Part shown: piece by piece, positions 50,620 through 61,150 of the stretch
How the letters are laid out: the number at the start of each line of letters is the position of its first letter
Position numbering within the stretch: the stretch's first letter is position 1
Origin: Utricularia gibba
Lineage: Eukaryota > Plantae > Magnoliophyta
Assembly (NCBI GenBank): GCA_002189035.1
Contig: NEEC01000002.1
Coordinates: forward strand, 1-64,000
Direction: 5' to 3'
DNA length: 64,000 bases
Notes under the pieces: generated by a model
What the model saw: only the letters and a program-made list of their open reading frames with translations
Databases searched by the model: none
What the model was told of the DNA's origin: nothing
Made by a program: the position numbers and the translations under genes

Positions 50620-52307
50620 CTACCAGGGCTTGTGATCCCCGTTTGGGCCAGCACTCCAGTTGAGAACACTCTCCCCTGGTTTCAGGAATACCGTATCGTC
50701 ATGCGGTAGCTTACGTGCGAGCCCGTTTAAGATTTGGTGGAACGCATCCCCTGGTTGAGCAGGCTGCGGGAAAAGCATGGCCTGTTTCATTGAAGGATTG
50801 GCCAGTAGCCTCTGCTTCCTCAGAATAACTTCAACCGGGATGGATGTGAGTATCGTGTCCAAGTACGGGACATCTTGCTCGGCGACATGGACCCCAATTT
50901 CTTCCCATGGTATTGCATCAGCAAATGGCAGTACGATGTCATCTGCTATGATCACTGGGAGACACCCAAAAATCACAGCTTCCACAAGTCTTGGACTCCA
51001 TGGCGCCCAACCTAAGGGGCATAAACAGAAAATGGCCCGCTGCATATCCTCGTAGTAGGTGGTTGGTCGGTCCGTCGAGATGTCAAACAGAGGATTGTTC
51101 TTGAAGTTCTCCCAAATTGATGCTCTTGCTCCTCTGCACATCAAGGAGATATGGTAAAAGAACCATCCATTATTCTGCGTTTAGCAGTGAAATCATTTCG
51201 AGAAAGCCAAGTACTAACCTTGCATAGTAACCACCTTCAGGGTCATTGTTCTCGTCATAAAAGAGACCTCGAAAGTACACAAATATGGATCGTGGGGTGT
51301 CGGGAGGAATCAAATGGGATTGCATTTTCTCCGGTGGTGCATACGGAGGTATTGTTATCGATCCCTTGTTCAAGCAAACATGGTTTCGTTGTCCAAAAGT
51401 CTGTACCAACGTTGCACGCTGAAGTAAAGGGAGAATGCCCCTTTTTATTGCTTTCTCTTCCTACACAAGAGAAGCAGCCCATGAGCCACAGCAGCTCAAG
51501 AATCCACAAGTTATGAGGGCGTAAAGCTTAGTCATACCTGATAATGAAAGCAGGCGCCAAAATCATGAGGAACAAGAAAGAAGTGATCACCACCCTCCGA
51601 TCTGTTCCAGTAACGCCATTGCATCGAAACAAGCTGTATGGCGCTTCTCATGATCCTAGGAGCTTTAAAAGGCAGTGGCAGTCCATTGGGTGCAAGATCG
51701 CAGGTCGTGTAAACAGGAATATAAAACCAATCGGCTTCATCGGGATTGAGGGTTCGAACAGGACTGGATAGCAGAAATTGGTGCATGAATATCTCAGCAG
51801 CAAACATGTGAGTTAGGCAGCGTGCGTCCTTCTGCAGGATTTTCTTATTGTATTTACTTGGAAGTTCATATACATACACTTTCAATCTTCCCACCGGGTT
51901 GTCCTCGAGGACATCACCAGCACTTCCTGCGTTATTTTACAGACAGAAATGTTGGTTTCAAGGTGCAAATCCTCAGCAACTTGCAGCACTCTTTATGACA
52001 GATGTGAACGGGCAAATTAGCTCCCATTCAAATTCTCAAGAAACAAACCAGATAACTCCAAATGATTGCATGATACTAATTACCATGACCCACAGCTAGA
52101 AATGAGGAGCCGAAAAACCAGAAAAAAACAGGCATTACAAAATGCGACTCTCAAAGCCGTCCTAAAAGACAGTAGTTTCCAACTAATACCTGAAATCCTT
52201 TCAGTACGTGCGGAGTTTTGATGAATAATCCCAGAAACATGAATAGCGCCCAGAAACAATGAAGGAATGATCAAGAGTAGGACAACCCGTGTGCAGAGCC
52301 GCATCAT
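50620..52307 (-). CDS. IRX10L: Xylan synthase IRX10/IRX10-L (GT47), 4 exons
   Basis: TERIS|GSAGDVLEDNPVGRLKVYVYELPSKYNKK...HDFGACFHYQ|EEKAI...GGYYAR|GARA...FCLCPLGWAPWSPRLVEAV...KPW*. I cannot distinguish IRX10 from IRX10-L without a tree. Confidence 0.93.
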
Positions 52308-52912
52308 TCCTCGTCTCAAAAACCAGCAAAACACATTCATTTCTTGGTTTGATGGAGAATCAATAAAATGGGCACTTTCAGAAGCGGTTGGAGAGTCACA
52401 TTTGGAAGTTGTTCGCGAGTTCCCTTCATGACTCCAATTCTTGCAATTAAAGGATCCAGTTAGATGCGGAAAGAAATCGTCATTTTCATGGCATTATCGA
52501 AGTATTTCATTTACCAGCCCACAGTATTCAATATTCAATATGCTCCAGAGTCCAGACCATCATACTTTCCAACGATGGCCAAAACGAAACCGCCCATGCA
52601 GTATGCTGCAAAAACGGACGTCTGGACGAAGAAAGAAACCTCCCTCCCTCTCACGGGATTTGGCAAAAAAGGAAACCTCTGGATGTCAGCATTATTACAT
52701 AAGCAGCCCCTAAATTTTCTCAAATTTCGATTTATGTAACTCTGCAACAAAAACAAAATCTTATTTGAAGACTACCAACAGCATCGACCCAACGGGAGGA
52801 AAAAGAATACGTTCATAACGACACCAGAATTATTAACAACAGTAAACTGAAGGATCAATCGAGCAGAGTAAACAACGTCTCCAGAAAGTTTGTTCAGGCA
52901 TTGCTAAGAGGA

Positions 52913-54130
52913 CTATCCTCCGATCAACAGTTTCTTCTCATCCAGGAAAGTGTAAGTAGGTACCTCCAGATTGTACGGGGCAGGCCCTTTGCGAATCCTG
53001 CCGGAGATGTCGTACCACCCACCAAAAACACCAGCATTTGGCAACGGGATGCAGCCAAGATGAGTGCAAACACCGACCACCACAGCCTCACAGCATCCTC
53101 CTGGGGATCTCCTAATGAGGAAACATCAATTCTGTTGGCCAACTTGATTTCATCTTCAGTTCGACTCCTAATGAACACTGGCTTCCCATGCCACTTCACT
53201 GTGACTGTTGACCCAGGCTCGATGCTCGACAGGTTCACTTCAAGGATACAAGAGCAAGGACATCCTTACTGGCAGATATGCTCAAAACGAACCTAAGTAT
53301 AAGGAGACGGGCCAATGATGCATACACAAAAGCGAGTTTGCTTGGATCAACAGCAAGGTAGCGCTACTGATTGTGCTCATCATAAACAATATTTGCACTG
53401 GGATTCTTCATAGCAGCAACTGTAGCAGGGATTCCTGGAATCCACCCTGCTTCGCGTTCCTGTGCTAACCCTGTTACTAGCCCTGGAGCAATAGTACCAG
53501 AACAAAACCTTAGAACAGTAAAATGAAAAAAAAAATTGATAAGGCAACATGAGTCTCTAACTCAAAAGGGAATCAAAGAAAGATGAAATAACGGGAAGCA
53601 AAAAGCATGGATCCCATAGCGAGAACTGTAATATGCTGGAACACATACTGCTGAATTCTCCAATAATACTGGACGCTTGCAAGAGGCAGTAGTCCATAAA
53701 CATTGAAAAAACGATAACTCTTTTATGCATCTGGAGGGCGGAATCCAAGCAGCCAAGCAAGCATCAGATCCCAAAAGGAAGCCCCGAAACGAGAGACGGA
53801 AACCACCCAGTAAAAAATCAGTGAAACCACATAAAGGAAAGCCAGTTCTCTATCACATTTTGATCAAGAGATCCATTTTTACTGACTCAGGAATAGATGG
53901 CAAGAGAAAAAAGGCCTTCTTCACGTATTCTACGCTTCAATCAAGAAAAGGGGTTTAAAAGATATACAGAAGAAACCCAGAGACCTCTGTGAGAATAGGA
54001 AACACGATTATCCGGAGAGAGAGCTCCATAGTGTCCGGCGCTAAAAGGGCTTGTGTAAATGAAAGCCGCAGAGGGAGCACTAGCAGAATTCCATGTGGGG
54101 AGGACGATCTCCGCCAGGTACCCTCAGCAT
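52913..54130 (-). pseudogene. Mitochondrial cytochrome bc1 Rieske Fe-S protein pseudogene
   Basis: MLRV.. exon 1 at 54130; IPATVAAMKNP..IVYDEHNQ*RY (TAG 53366-53364); [24 protein letters not shown]; [19 protein letters not shown] joined directly to [19 protein letters not shown]. The FCPCHGSH ligand box is missing and there are several frameshifts. Confidence 0.93.
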
Positions 54131-55062
54131 CTTCTAAACTTCAATCTGAATGATTTGCCAAAGTGCCAACAAAGTTGCCGGGGCTTTTGAGCGTCTCGAA
54201 CCCGGTGGATCGAAAATTTCTGCAATTTTCACGGAGGATTCCAGGCTTCGTATTCGCTCGAGGAGGAAAATTGCTCTTGGATTTTCTGTTCGGCCCATTT
54301 GAAATTGTTCTGGGCTTTTCGTGATTCCTAAAACAATATTATTTATCCGTATTTCAGTCGGACCCATATAGATCCGCAAGCCCCATCGATCCGTTTAACA
54401 TTGAATAATTGATGACGACTCACTGTTGCCGTTGGGATACTCGTCGAGAATCTCTTGCGTCATCGTCTCCTCGCCATTTCCCTTTTGTAGCTTTCGTTTG
54501 TTTTCATTTTCTTTTATTGGTACAGTTTTCTTTCGATGTTATGCCTTTGGATTCTACTCGGGTACTCTCGTGTCCGAGTCGATTATGTTGAGCGCTTACA
54601 CGTTTTTTTTTTTTTTGGAATGAATTCCTCACTGGATCTGTGAATGCGCTGATCAGCGAAAAGATAGAAAACTTGGGTCATTTTAGAGATTTCTTGAGTG
54701 CTTTCACTTGGTATAGCATCTACGTGGTTTATTATAAAGACCGTTCTGACTATAGAATTGGCTGCTGGCCGTAATTCTAGCTAGTAGGTTTGTTATCTTT
54801 GAACTGTATATATGATTACTGGTTCGTAAAATCAACAGAGCGTGCCTTGTACGGTTTTTTTCTTTTTTCTTTTTTTTTTACAGGAAAGATGGAAAGGTTT
54901 TATTGCATGAACTCGATATATTCATCATTTCTTACACACTATTTGGGCTGCTGATTCACATCCATGGTGTGTTTTTTTGGTTTTCAGACTTGATCTGAGT
55001 AGTACTTGGCGCTGGTCTGCTGCGATTATTGTGCCCCATCACCTTTGATCACTGGTGTAAGA

Positions 55063-56997
55063 ATGGAAAATCAAGATGCGACTGCTGAAGAGTTTGAAGT
55101 AAGTAGCAAGCCTACTATACAGCCTGAAGAAACTGATAGCTGGGAGAATTTCAAGGATGGCGACATAATGCAACAAAAGTATGCTATCCAAGCTGAGGAA
55201 GCCGCGAAAATTCCATTCATTGGCGACAAGGTGATCATGAAGGAAGAGATTTTGTCTGGGGCATTTGTCTCTGTTCATTAACATTATAATCTTTTTCATA
55301 CAAAACTTCCATGGCTTCAGGGGGTTCTTTTTTAATCTTTTATCCATTTATCGTAAGTAATCATGTTCCTTTCTCTGTTTCCATATTGACATCAGAATGT
55401 CTGGTTTTCTCCTTCAATCTATCTTGCTATGGGATATTTTAGGAGCCTCTGTCATCATTAGAAGCTGAATACAAGTTGGGAAACCCTGTATTTGTAACAA
55501 AGATCAAGGTCTGTTTTCTTATTAAATAATCCACCTGTTTTAAGTTTTCCCCGTGTGGCTATTGATTTTTGATATGCATTTAGGCTCTAGCACAGCAATA
55601 TGATTCCATCAGGAGAACCAGGGGAGATGGGAATTGTTTCTTTCGAGGCTTCATGTTTGCATACCTTGTACGTCTTCTTGAGTATCTAGAGATTCTTCAT
55701 CATGGTTTCTCCTTTTCAGCTGGGATCATGGTCTCTAAAAATTAGTAAGTTCCCTGCTCAGGAGCACATCCTCATAACACAAGATCGTGCAGAATTTGAT
55801 CGCGTCAAATTCAATGTGGAGCAATGTAGAAGAACACTTCTCGATTTGGGCTATGCAGAATTTACTTTTGAAGATTTTTTCTCGGTATGGATTATTTATC
55901 TCCCAAACTATCCTTCCCATGTTTCAATCAGATTGCTAATCCTGCTTGTATGGGCAACTTCGTTCATCGGTGCATAATGTTCTGGGAGTTTATGTCTTAC
56001 CATTCAACAAATGTTATCAGCTTGTCATGAGAGATGCTACATCGATTGACTTGCTGCTCACTCTGTGGTAGTAGCTATGCTGAGATGCACAATTACTACA
56101 TTACCTGACCATAATAAATCTCTTCATAATTTTAGGGAAGCTTTATTTTACAATTGATTTTTATATTCACTCGGTTCACTTTTAGCCTACTTTGTTTTCA
56201 GTTTTTCCTTGAACAACTTGAGATTGTCCTTGGGACTGGTGATTCCATAAGGTTTATTAACTGACATTTATTTCCCTTTGTAGTTGACCTTCGTCCTTGC
56301 TTATCCAGTGGCAACACGCTAACGCTTGTATTCTATGTACAGTCATGATGAGCTCGTGAAAAGATGCAGAGATCATTCAGTATCTGACTACGGTAAGTGG
56401 GGGTTATCATAGATCTTGTGCTTACTCACGTTCTTGTTCCTTACCAACGTCCATTAAACGGGAGCTTTTGGTCAGTGGTAATGTTCTTCAGGTTTATTAC
56501 ATCTGGCGAAATAAGAAAGCGCACAGAGTTTTATGAACCATTTGTTCAAGGTTTAACAAATTCCTCAGTGGACCAGGTAAATTCTCTAAACCTTAAAGCA
56601 TTATGTTAGTTACCCAGCTCTTCGTTCATGTCTGTTGATGCATTAGGATCCACGATGCCTGCGATTTATAAAACACTTTGCACAACAAAATCTAATTGCT
56701 CCATGACCTCCCTCCTCCTGTGTCTTTTTTTGTTTGGAAAAGTTCTGCAAGTCCTCTGTGGAGCCAATGGGAGAAGAGAGTGATCACGTGCACATCACAG
56801 CCTTGTCCGATGCATTGGGTGTGCCAATTCGAGTAGTATATCTTGACCGAAGTTGTGATGACAGAGGCAATGCGATAGTTAACCACCATGACTTTACCCC
56901 CGCCCAAAGCAATGTCACTGATGCGTCTGAGCCGCTCAAGCCATTCATAAACTTGCTGTATCGTCCCGGCCACTATGATATTCTGTACCCAAAATGA
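55063..56997 (+). CDS. OTU1: Otubain-like deubiquitinase (OTU1/OTUB1), 8 coding exons
   Basis: RRTRGDGNCFFRGFMFAYL (catalytic Cys), EPMGEESDHVHITALS, LYRPGHYDILYPK* (catalytic His); all exons in frame. Confidence 0.95.
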
Positions 56998-57203
56998 GCG
57001 TAAGCCATAAACTTGGGGTGGCTTCTTCTCGTATGTTGAACAATGTATCGTCTAATCTGACCCTTACAACAGCCTCTACGTTATGTACTCGAGGAAGAAT
57101 AATCTCCGCAGAGTGCATATTTCGAGGTTTGATTCCAGACATTTTGCTACTTGTTCACTACATACGTGAAGTTAGAAATCCAGGAGGTTGACTTCTTCAT
57201 TCA

Positions 57204-58278
57204 TCATTTGAGTAGTGGACCCTGAAGTACAAGATGTTGGAGTGCTATGGAGTAGTTGGCAGATTCCCCGCTGGTATCATCATCATCCTTGGGAAAATAT
57301 CTCTTGAGTATGTATGATCCGTATTCACCCCCTTCTGTACAACATACTGTACACATCAGCACTTGCTGCTAAATGGATCAAATCTGGAAAGAAACAGGGG
57401 AGATGAAAAAAAGCCCACCGTTGATGCAGTAAATACTCGAGACCCATCTCTTGTAAATGTACAGCAGCCTTGGCGAGTCACCGTTGTGAGTGTCTGACAG
57501 AAGAAGTTCACAGGGGCCTTTCTCCCTGTGAATAACAATGGATTGAGAAAAAAGAAAAAAAAAAAAAAAAAGGTATCCAAAGATGAGCACATGCATACTT
57601 GGCATGGTGAATGGCGTTGTGACAAAGTGATAGAACACGGGTCATTGCCATGTCTCTTCCTCTAGGGTTGTTGTACCTCTCCTGGCATTTCCTTCAAGAA
57701 ATCAGAATGGGAAGTTTGAGCTCTATGATCTGAGTGAACGGATGATATGAAGAAAAGATTCTTACTTGTCGTGAAAATGATCCACGAAATCATCAATGAT
57801 GATTAGTTTCGGCATATTATCATGCAGGTGGAATGCAGCGAAGTACTTCTTGATTCCTTCATCATCCTCTACATATCTTCAGGTAAATTGGACCAAATAT
57901 CTCAGAGACGCTGCATCTCTAAAATATGAAGATATATGTGGTTGCTTACTTCATTTGAATCCGCTGGAAAATCTCCGAAGATGGAGCAACACCCTGGGAA
58001 AGGAGGGGAGGGTTCATTTCTAGCCTCCGTTTATTGCAAAGGATCACTATAGCGCCATTTCCTTCGGGCCCAGAATTGAATGCGAATTGGAAGAGCAACG
58101 AGGTTTTACCACTTCAAACAAAAACTTCGGAAATCAGCTAAGTAAAATCAAATGAAAGGAAGTTAAGTAGATAGGAGGATCAGTACGAGGAAGGCGGCCC
58201 CGAGAGAAGAACAATTGGCTTCGCCTTAACCGGAAGCTCGTGATTTGTCGCCTGCCTGAAAAAAAATCTCTCCACCAT
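57204..58278 (-). CDS. SWSAP1-like RecA/RAD51-paralog P-loop protein, 6 exons, 231 aa
   Basis: Exons 58278-58187, 58111-57950, 57876-57766, 57691-57599, 57525-57419 and 57334-57204 (696 nt, all GT-AG). Walker A PIVLLSGPPSSGKTSLLFQFA and Walker B-like PKLIIIDDF. The gene model is secure; the SWSAP1 assignment is from recalled similarity. Confidence 0.8.
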
Positions 58279-58382
58279 TTGCTTCCCGGATTTTGTGATT
58301 ATCAGTTTTTCGCGCACTAACTCTTTATTTGGTCGTCCGTCGCTGTGCGGTTACCCATTTGAAGCTGCTGCAATAGTAGTCA

Positions 58383-60644
58383 ATGGGGAGTCTGCAATTA
58401 ATCAGCTCGAGTATCTCGCAAGCTTCGCTTCTCCACTCAAGAACAGCGAACTACGCTCAAAACCCATCTTGGGCATCTCTCAAGACTAAAAGATTCTCTC
58501 TCAAAATCTCTGGTGGACAGCAGAGCGGAGAGCTCGCAAATGTGCATTTGGTTTATCTTTGCAAACAGAATAAACTTGAGGACGCCCATGAATTCCTTTT
58601 GGAAATGGACAGGAATCAGATTCATATTTCCCCTCAATCTTACGTACAATTCCTCAAAGCATGCTCGCGGTTAAAATCCGTGAATATCGGGAAGTTGGTG
58701 CGCCGCAGGTTGAAGAATCTGCCGGGCTTTCCAGTTCATCATCTTATCCAAATGTTTTGCGAATGTGGTTGCCTATCGGATGCTCAGGAGGTGTTCGATG
58801 AAATGACTGAAAGAACTCTGACATCCGGGGCAATACTTATTTCAGCATATGCAGACAGAGGGATGACTTTGGAGGCTTTGGAAACTTTTCAGAAAGTTTT
58901 GGATTCAAATTGTAGGCTGAAAGCTTCTGTTTTTCTTTGCGTCTTGAAGTCTTTTGTTGGTTCCTCCCATCTGGAGGTTGGGAAACAGATCCATTGTCAA
59001 GTTATTAAGGCTGGATTCACAAACAGTGTTGTCATGGGCACTGCAATATGTAATATGTACGCTAAATGCAGGCATTTGGAGTTCGCTGAGATGTATTTTA
59101 GTCGGATGCTTGAAAAGAATACTGTCTCTTGGACAACAATGATGGTTGGCTATACACTAGCCGATCGGCACGAGGATGCATTGAGATGCTTGCTTAGGAT
59201 GGTAGTTCAAAATTTTGATTTGGACGAGTTTGTGTTTTCAATTAGTTTGAAGGCTTGTGCAGCTCTGTCTGATCACAGGATGGGAAAGCAAATTCATGGG
59301 TGGATTGTGAAGCTTGGAATGGAAGCTGAAGTTTCCGTTGGCACACCTCTTGTAGACTTTTACGTTAAATCTCAAGATATGGAATCTGCTTGTAGAACAT
59401 TTGAGAAGATAAGTGAACCAAATGATGTATCTTGGAGTGCTATATTAAGTGGCTACTCGCAATTAGGTGAATTCGAAAAGTGTGCAAAATTTTTCAAGCG
59501 GTTGAGGATTGAAGGTGCTCTCTTAAACGAGTGCATGTTCACCAGTATTTTTCAGCTATGTTCGGCATTCACAGACCTCAGTTTTGGTTCTCAAGCTCAT
59601 GGAGATGCCATAAAAAGAGCGCTGGTTTCACGGCCTCGTGGAGAGAGTGCCATGATCACTATGTACGCAAAATGTGGAAGATTAGACTACGCTCTTCAAA
59701 TGTTTCATTCAATTGACGAACCTGACACAGTTGCTTGGACTGCTATCGTTTGCGCTTTTGCTTATCATGGTAATGCACTTGAAGCTCTAAAATTTTACAA
59801 AGAAATGCAAGCTTCAGGGGTCAGGGCGAATGCGGTTACATTTGTGGCAGTTCTTACTGCTTGTAGCCATGCTGGTCTAGTTCAAGAAGCAAGGCAGTGC
59901 TTGGAAACAATGAGCAGTGAATATGGTGTAGAGCCAAATCTAGACCACTACAATTGCATGGTTGATGTATATTCCCGGGCTGGCTTGTTGGAACAGGCAC
60001 TTCACTTGATAAAGACCATGCCATTCGAACCAGACGCAATGAGTTGGAAAAGCTTACTCGGAGGATGTACCATCCACAAGGATAATAATATTGGGAAAGA
60101 TGCTGCTGAGAAGCTACTTCACCTTGATCCCCAAGACACAGCTGCTTATATTCTCCTGTTCAATTTGCATGCTTCATCTGGGAACTGGGAAGAAGCTGGT
60201 CGCGTCAGGAAGCTTATGGTTGAGAGGGAGTTGAGTAAAGAGGTTGGGTGTAGCTGGATCACTGTAAAAGGAAAGATTCACCGTTTCGTTGTTGGCGATC
60301 GACACCATGATCAGACGGAGGAGATTTACTCAAAGCTTGAAGAACTAAACTTTTCCAGCAAAGGAAATGAGCTTCTGACTGACGATGACAGTGTATCAAA
60401 CATTGCGATTGCGAGAAGAGAGCAATCCCTCGTCCACAGTGAGAGGCTTGCGATTGCATTTGGGCTCATCTCAACGCAAGCCAACTGCCCAATCTTGGTG
60501 TTCAAGAATCTGAGGGCCTGCAGAGACTGCCATGAATTTTGCAAATACGTGTCGATGGCTACTGGGAGAACAATCGTTGTTAGAGATTCGAATCGATTTC
60601 ATCACTTTACTTCCGGGGATTGTTCCTGTGGGGACTATTGGTGA
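58383..60644 (+). CDS. RARE1: PLS-class PPR-DYW plastid editing factor, RARE1-like
   Basis: Intronless, 753 aa; N-terminal PSWASLK and NVHLVYLCKQNKLEDAHEFL, EPNDVSWSAILSGY, HSERLAIAFG...CRDCH...CSCGDYW match recalled RARE1. Confidence 0.8.
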   Translation: MGSLQLISSSISQASLLHSRTANYAQNPSWASLKTKRFSLKISGGQQSGELANVHLVYLCKQNKLEDAHEFLLEMDRNQIHISPQSYVQFLKACSRLKSVNIGKLVRRRLKNLPGFPVHHLIQMFCECGCLSDAQEVFDEMTERTLTSGAILISAYADRGMTLEALETFQKVLDSNCRLKASVFLCVLKSFVGSSHLEVGKQIHCQVIKAGFTNSVVMGTAICNMYAKCRHLEFAEMYFSRMLEKNTVSWTTMMVGYTLADRHEDALRCLLRMVVQNFDLDEFVFSISLKACAALSDHRMGKQIHGWIVKLGMEAEVSVGTPLVDFYVKSQDMESACRTFEKISEPNDVSWSAILSGYSQLGEFEKCAKFFKRLRIEGALLNECMFTSIFQLCSAFTDLSFGSQAHGDAIKRALVSRPRGESAMITMYAKCGRLDYALQMFHSIDEPDTVAWTAIVCAFAYHGNALEALKFYKEMQASGVRANAVTFVAVLTACSHAGLVQEARQCLETMSSEYGVEPNLDHYNCMVDVYSRAGLLEQALHLIKTMPFEPDAMSWKSLLGGCTIHKDNNIGKDAAEKLLHLDPQDTAAYILLFNLHASSGNWEEAGRVRKLMVERELSKEVGCSWITVKGKIHRFVVGDRHHDQTEEIYSKLEELNFSSKGNELLTDDDSVSNIAIARREQSLVHSERLAIAFGLISTQANCPILVFKNLRACRDCHEFCKYVSMATGRTIVVRDSNRFHHFTSGDCSCGDYW

Positions 60645-61150
60645 TACTTGTAAGTGCCCAGATAAATGAAAAGGATTAGTATATTCCAACCACCAATCAC
60701 TGAATCATTGTTGCATCGCAATTTAAGCACACAACATCAAACCAGCTGAGCTTCATCTTCAGGTGAGGTCGGTTAGTGGTGCCACATCACCCAAAATCTA
60801 AACCACTACCGACTTAGAGAAGTGTTCCGATAGAGGCTTGCCTCTCCAAAAAGGCCTTGGAAGGCACCAATACCTCTCTGGCTGCGAAAATGGTGCTCAG
60901 GGAAAGCCCCTTGGAAGGTGGCGAAGGAGACGATGTTATGTACGGTACGCCCCTGTCGACCCCCGCCCGCCTGAAAGCTACACTGAAATGCTCCGGCATC
61001 TTTGATCCATTTCCTTGTCAACAAAGAAAACCTTCTTCATTCCAATGGAGGAGCGGACACCAAACGTTCTTCAGTCCAGAACATGTTGGCGTGCTGTGTG
61101 CCCACCAGAGCATTCCCTTGGCTTTTCGTCCGTCTCTTCAACAAAAGCCA

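Noticed and set aside
57603-57651. Imperfect hairpin (CATGGTGAATGGC...GTCATTGCCATG) considered as a miRNA precursor
   Set aside because: It is the antisense of coding exon 4 of the SWSAP1-like gene; the stem is short and matches no miRNA I recognise.
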